Assembly (NCBI GenBank): GCA_951406725.2
Contig: OX597833.1
Location: 30,318,001-30,382,000 of the forward strand
Direction of reading: 5' to 3'
Length of the DNA: 64,000 nucleotides
Source of the DNA: Octopus vulgaris
Taxonomy: Eukaryota
The notes beneath the pieces are model-generated. The model ran no database searches. It was given only the letters and a program-made list of their open reading frames with translations, and was not told the DNA's origin. Positions 58,401 through 64,000 of the stretch are shown here, one piece after another (the first letter of the stretch is position 1; the number at the start of each line of letters is the position of its first letter). A program made the position numbers and the translations under genes.

Positions 58401-58563
58401 ATTGAATGATTTGACTGTGAGCAAACTGATTTACCTCTACCGTCCATATCTGCTGCACTTAAATCTGCGAAACTGCCAATGTATTCAGAGTTCTTCCTTC
58501 ATGGCAATAAGTAGCTGTAATAACCTACAGGACCTTAATTTGTCAAACTGCCAGGCACTTAAG
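58401..58563 (+). CDS. FBXL13: Host gene exon G, first cysteine-containing leucine-rich repeats
   Basis: tttctAG acceptor and AAG|GTAAAG donor. 163 nt, reads (R)LNDLTVSKLIYLYRPYLLHLNLRNCQCIQSSSFMAISSCNNLQDLNLSNCQALK, with the LRR-CC pattern LxxLNLSxC. Confidence 0.88.
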
Positions 58564-58631
58564 GTAAAGTTCATAGTATTCTATGATTAACCATTTCAAA
58601 AACAAAAATGATGAATTAAAACTGACTGTGA

Positions 58632-58970
58632 TGGCAGGCATGGCTGTGTGGTTAAGAAGGTTGCTTCACAACCACATGGTTTCTGGTTTGATTACATTGC
58701 ATGAAATCTTGGGCAATTGTTTTTTTTTATAACCTCAGGTTGATCAATGCCTTCTGGATGAAATATAAAAGTTGGTAAACAGAAACTGTACAAACACCCT
58801 TGTGTGTGTGCGTCTGTGTCTGGGTTTTTATTTGTATCTCTGACAGTTCAACAAATAGAAATTAGTAAGAATAAGTACCAAGTATAAAATAAGTAAAAGG
58901 ATTGATATGATTGCCTAAAGCCTTGAAGGCAGTGCCCAGGTATGGTTGTAGTCCAGCAAAAGAACAAAAG
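58632..58970 (+). mobile_element. Decayed SINE of the 935-1338 family
   Basis: GGCATGGCTGTGTGGTTAAG..AACCACATGG..CTTGGGCAA..AGAATAAGTAC..GGCAGTGCCCAG. Confidence 0.75.
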
Positions 58971-59412
58971 AATGATGAGTTGTGGGGAATGAGGGCAGTG
59001 AGACAGAATTATAATTTGAAACAGAGCAGTTGGCTGAATTGACAGTGAGAAGTTTATATTCTGTTACAATCATTATAGTGTCCCCTCACCACCCCCACAC
59101 AGCACTTACTTCTCAAACAGCCCAATCTACCAAACTGTGTATAGGTTCCATATGGTTAGGTCAACTATCTTGCTGTTGTTATTGTTGTTTAACTCCAGTT
59201 AAACCCTCATCTAACAGGTTTATGATTAGAGATTTTTCAATCATGACTATCCTGTCTTGTATTAGTGCATCTTGAACTAGGAGTGGTAAGAAACTCTCAA
59301 GAGATCTGAACAGCAGGTCTTCAGAGAAGAAAATACTCTCAAAGCTTTGGGAGTGGATTTGCTTGACAGAAATTGAAAAAAACCTTTCATACGTGCACAC
59401 ATACATGCATAC

Positions 59413-61000
59413 CAGTGTTGCCAACTTAAAATCAGAATTTTATGCTAAATTTCAGTAGAAAAAATACAAAAAAAAAAAATGCTAAATATGACAAAAAAAT
59501 GCTGAAGACTAATTATATGAAAAAGCTTAATTTTTATTTACATTTTTATTTACTTTCTTTAATTATATTCAGCGTTGAGAAATAATTTCTTGAATTTCAC
59601 TAATTTGATCACTTTCAGCTGCAGTGCCTAGGTCTTGACTTCTGTATACATTCATGGTCCCAATCTTGTTAATTATGGGTTTTGGAATATCGAAGTTTTT
59701 GCAACATTTGCCATATCTTTTCAGGCCATATTTTATAGACAGTATTGATCTAAGCATAGGAAGATGCATTTTGTTTTTCAATTTTGATTTGATTATACCT
59801 ATACTACTGAGCAACCGTTCAACTTCTGCATCTGAGTTTGGCAATGTCAATAAATTAATGGCAAAATTTGCAACATCTCTAAAAGGATTTCCTCCAGTAG
59901 CATCTTTATAGTTCAAGACTTCCAGCCAGAATGCCTCAGTATTGGACATATTTGTCCATTTAACTAAATGAATGCTATTAAACTGAATTTCAATTGAAGC
60001 AACTTTTTCTTCATTTAAATGCATTGCTTCTAAGACAGGTAAAATTGGCTCTTTGAAATGCTTCAAAATATTCTCTACTGAAAAACATTTGATATTCCTC
60101 AGTATATTAATATTTCTTGGCAAACGGTGCTTGAGCTCTTTATAAAGGCAGAGTAAAAATTGTGCTCTCTTGCAAATATTATTTTCTTCGGCGGCTTCTT
60201 GATAATCATTTCTGCTATCTTTCTCTCAAGCCTGTTGCCTAAATTTGGTTTAGGATCCAGAAATTTTTCAATAGAAGCATCCAGGTAAAGAGGATCAATT
60301 CCACATGTTGGCAACACCGTCATATTAGAAACAGATTTGATCAAATTTGAAAGATATTCAAGTAATTTTGTTTTAAAATTGGATGCAAAAATAAAAGGTA
60401 AAGTTCATTCCTAGAATCACAAAACATTTCATGTAACGTTTGTGCTGTAAAGTATTTTTCTTTTGTGGTTGTAGTTTGGAAGTGAGTTTGCAATTCAAAC
60501 CATTGGCTTAAAATTCTATTTATCGCTGGTTCTATTGACAGCCACCTAGTTGTACAAGAATTCATGATCTTCAATGGCTCTTTATTATTGATAGCAAGGT
60601 AAAGTTGTTTGTAAGCACTTTGTCTTGTTGAAGAATGAGAGGACCATTTATAGGTTTCGGATACTAAAAATTCTAAATTTATGGGCAAACATTCAGCACA
60701 AGTGTGGGATACTGCCAATTGTAAAGAATGACATACACATCTAAATAGAAGTAATGATGGAACTTCTTTTAATTTCTGGAAAATATCATTGTTGACTCCT
60801 ATCATTACTCTAGTATTGTCAGTTCCTATAGCCAGTAAATTTTTTATATCTAATTTCTTTTTCACTAATTCAATTTTTAAAGTGTCTACAATGCCATCTG
60901 CATCACATATTTCTAAAGATACCATACTGAAATATGTATGTACCACTATATGATAACAATTCCTAATAACTTGTTTATCGATATATCATTGGATTCATCT
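59413..61000 (-). mobile_element. hAT-superfamily DNA transposon remnant
   Basis: Frameshifted transposase with GTDN, CVCHSLQL, TRWLS and the dimerisation domain LLTLPNSDAEVERLLS. A TIR-like CAGTGTTGCCAAC lies at 59413; the partner TIR was not found. Confidence 0.88.
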
Positions 61001-61651
61001 CATTATAATTATGAATCATAATTTAAAAAAAAAAACTACTATTCGTTAAATTATACAAATTTCACATTTGATATTACTGAAGAGAAGAAGAGTTATCTAT
61101 CTATAAATGCTTATCAATATAGGATTCCATTATTTTATATTATCCAAGTCTATGAAATATATTTGGAATACAAGACAATATAATGGATTTTACACATAAC
61201 TATTATGGATTATTACAGAAGACTAACCATGGAAATATATATGGATTTAAAGACTCTCATACTAAAGTGTACTTACCAAAATCAAAAGCAGTAATTTTTA
61301 ATTTTAAATTTATATTTCAAACAAACAACATTTTATAGTATTACTTCAAATTTTAAAAAAAACTACCATTCGATATATTATACAAAATGCAAATTTTATA
61401 TCTCTAAAGAACAGAAGAGTTGACTATAAATGCTTATCAATATAGGATTCCGTTATAAGAACAACACTTCTGTGAAATGATCGTAAGATGCTTTAAAAAC
61501 TTAATTCGAAACTTTTAAACTGTCATATACATTATATATTTATACTTATACACATTTACATATATTTATATATATTTATATTCTTGATACAATTATTTTA
61601 CACACATATATATCTTTCTGCAGAATTTTCTAATATTGATTTCCTGATATT

Positions 61652-61693
<42 letters not shown>

Positions 61694-62083
61694 CACACAC
61701 ACACATGTTTTGGGTTTTTTTACATCATTTTTCGTTATTGTTGTTTTTGAAAGTAAAATAGTAAATAAATTAGTAAGGACTGGATTTCTAGTAACATTTT
61801 TTACGATGTTTTACATAAAACATTTTAACATTTGACATTTGAAAAATTCATCGTAAAAGCTTTTTTTGATCACCAGGGCCCTGTGCTTAAGCACACCTAA
61901 GCAGGCACTGCTAATGAGTCCTCATTATCCCCAAGATTTTCATTTTTACCCCACTTGGGGTTATTTTACCTTGGTTCACCAACCCCTGTTGTAAATGAAA
62001 GAGAAAAACTCCAGTGCTCCCCTATCACCACTAGTTTGCTTGCTTGACAGTTACTTTTGAACACAAACTGTCTTTCCTGTAAT

Positions 62084-62125
<42 letters not shown>

Positions 62126-62189
62126 GTGTTTTTACATCAATATGAAGCAGAGAAAACAATAGCTGTGTCCCAACAAACAAATAGTACCT

Positions 62190-62725
62190 CAAGCCAAGCC
62201 AGAGCTATATCCATGCAAGGTGATGACCTATATTAGGTGAGATTGGAAAGAGCTAATCCACTACAAAAATGCTTGAAAACAACCACACAGACAATGTAGA
62301 GCATCATGTTCAGCAAATGCACTGGCTTAATGAGGCAATCCAGTGAAATGACCTGACCAATGACATGGCATACTTCTTCAACACAACAATGTTCACTGCC
62401 ACATCACTAATTTGACCAAAAATGCTATTCAAGAGCTTGACTAGGAAGTTCTTTCACGCTCACCATATTCTCTTAATATAGTGCCTGCAGATTATCATCT
62501 TTTACAGTCAGTCTCTGTGAAGCTTTTTCAATGATGTGGAGCTGAAAACATTGTGCAATGAATTATTTGAGTTAACAGCCAGTGATTTCTACTTTTAAGG
62601 AATAGACAGTCTAGTGAAACATATGCAAGAAGTTGTGAACAATGAAGACAATATATTCTTGACTGATTTGTTAAAATTGTTGATGAAAAATAAGGATGAA
62701 AATAAAAGGGGAAAAAACGAATTTG
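62190..62725 (+). pseudogene. Decayed mariner transposase remnant
   Basis: ILLQHNN..H and EVLSRSPYSLNIVPADYHL (a YSPDLAPxDY remnant). Confidence 0.6.
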
Positions 62726-62955
62726 TCTGAACCCCCCTCCCCACACACACACATCGATATTTCATTTAGGCATAATGATACAAATAACCTTGTGTGAGAA
62801 CTCAATATACATATGCTCCAATGAAACTGTAAGGTGATACCTGAGCACTCAGCTTTAATTGCACTGCATCTTATAGTAGAAACAGCTGTGAGCTAATGAA
62901 GTTCATTATATAATTTCTAGTTCTCTTGTCATTTATTTAATTTCTGATATATATA

Positions 62956-63795
62956 TAGGGTGCAGTGGGTAAAATATTGCCATTTTATATTTTTAATTTT
63001 GCCCATTCTCATTGTTTATTTTTAATTTTATCAACTACACATTACTGTAGGGTCAGTTGGGCACCATCTGTGAGAAAAACCATTCCATGAGGCAACTCAC
63101 TCTGTCAGAAATTTGGAAATGACATGCTGTACTGCTTGGCATTCATGCCAGAATCTCCAATATGAACATTTCAGAGTGTTTGGGTGTCAATCTGAGAACA
63201 GTGCATGTACCGAGAGTGATAAAAATCAAACATCTAATCAACATGGAGTGCTTGGAGTGTTCGCTAGTGAGGGCATAGTTATGTTTCCATTCATCTTCCC
63301 ACATGGCCTACATCAAGTGCCTGGAGGAGGTAGTGCGACCCTGGGTGAAGAGAGTGGCTGCTAGAAGACCCTATGTCTGGCAACAGAACTCTGCACCATG
63401 CCACACAAGCAGGGGAACCCAGTCATGGCTGTCAGAAAATTTCTGTGACCACATCATCCCTAACATCTGGCCACCTAAATCCCCACACTGCAACCTCTTT
63501 GAATATTATGCATGGGGTGCAGTTGAGCGAGAGACTAACAAAACTCCTTGTAACACCAAACATACACTGAAGGCAAGGATTATGGCAGCATTCACCAACT
63601 TAAATAGAAATGTTGCAAGGGATTTCAAAGTCGTCTGGTGGCCATGGTTGAAGCCAATGGCGATTTTATTGAATAAATTTACTCTAATATTTCAAGATAT
63701 TTTTATGTAATTGAGGTAAATATATCTGTTAAAATAAGATCAGTGTTATTTTCATTTTTGCGTAATTTATACAACATTTTATTCACCGCACCCTG
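62956..63795 (+). mobile_element. Internally deleted Tc1/mariner element (maT/DD37D-like) with TIRs
   Basis: TIRs TAGGGTGCAGTGGGTAAAATATTG / CAACATTTTATTCACCGCACCCTG in TA context. Transposase fragment VWQQNSAPCH..WPPKSPHCNLFEYYAW. Confidence 0.85.
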
Positions 63796-64000
63796 TATAT
63801 ATGTATATATATATATATATATATAATATCTCATGTGTACACAAATAGATGTAAGACTGCTACTGTTGTGTTGAGAGCTCCACATAAATTATCGTATTCT
63901 AATCTACTTCCAGTATGCCGGTTAAGTAACTACTTTACTATTAGTGTATCTCATTACTATTACTAGTAATGATACAGAGCAAATCTAGAGAAATTAAGAT

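Noticed and set aside
61020-61455. ~110-bp diverged direct repeat
   Set aside because: AT-rich duplication beside the hAT remnant with no structural or coding signal; likely subterminal repeats.

Overview
Eukaryotic, very AT-rich, repeat-dense genomic DNA with one 100-N gap (17342-17441). The SINE/LINE families and the huge (TA)n arrays resemble an octopus (coleoid cephalopod) genome; this is an inference. The window lies inside one + strand host gene with long introns. Seven small exons (24062-58563) with canonical AG/GT ends and matching phases splice into an open W-rich helical region, an F-box and the first leucine-rich repeat, most like FBXL13/DRC6. The rest is intronic TE material: CR1-type, RTE, L1/Tx1-like and HERO/NeSL-like non-LTR elements, Penelope-like elements, tRNA SINEs, and mariner, maT and hAT remnants. 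The most interesting signal is non-coding. Seven well-formed minimal type I hammerhead ribozyme motifs with palindromic stem III (plus mirror copies and decayed ones) sit in small ORF-less units between (TA)n tracts. They include a 363-bp and a 534-bp partially tandem monomer and several foldback structures, consistent with retrozymes or Penelope pseudo-LTR derivatives. The long 'YIYIYI' ORFs are microsatellite artefacts.
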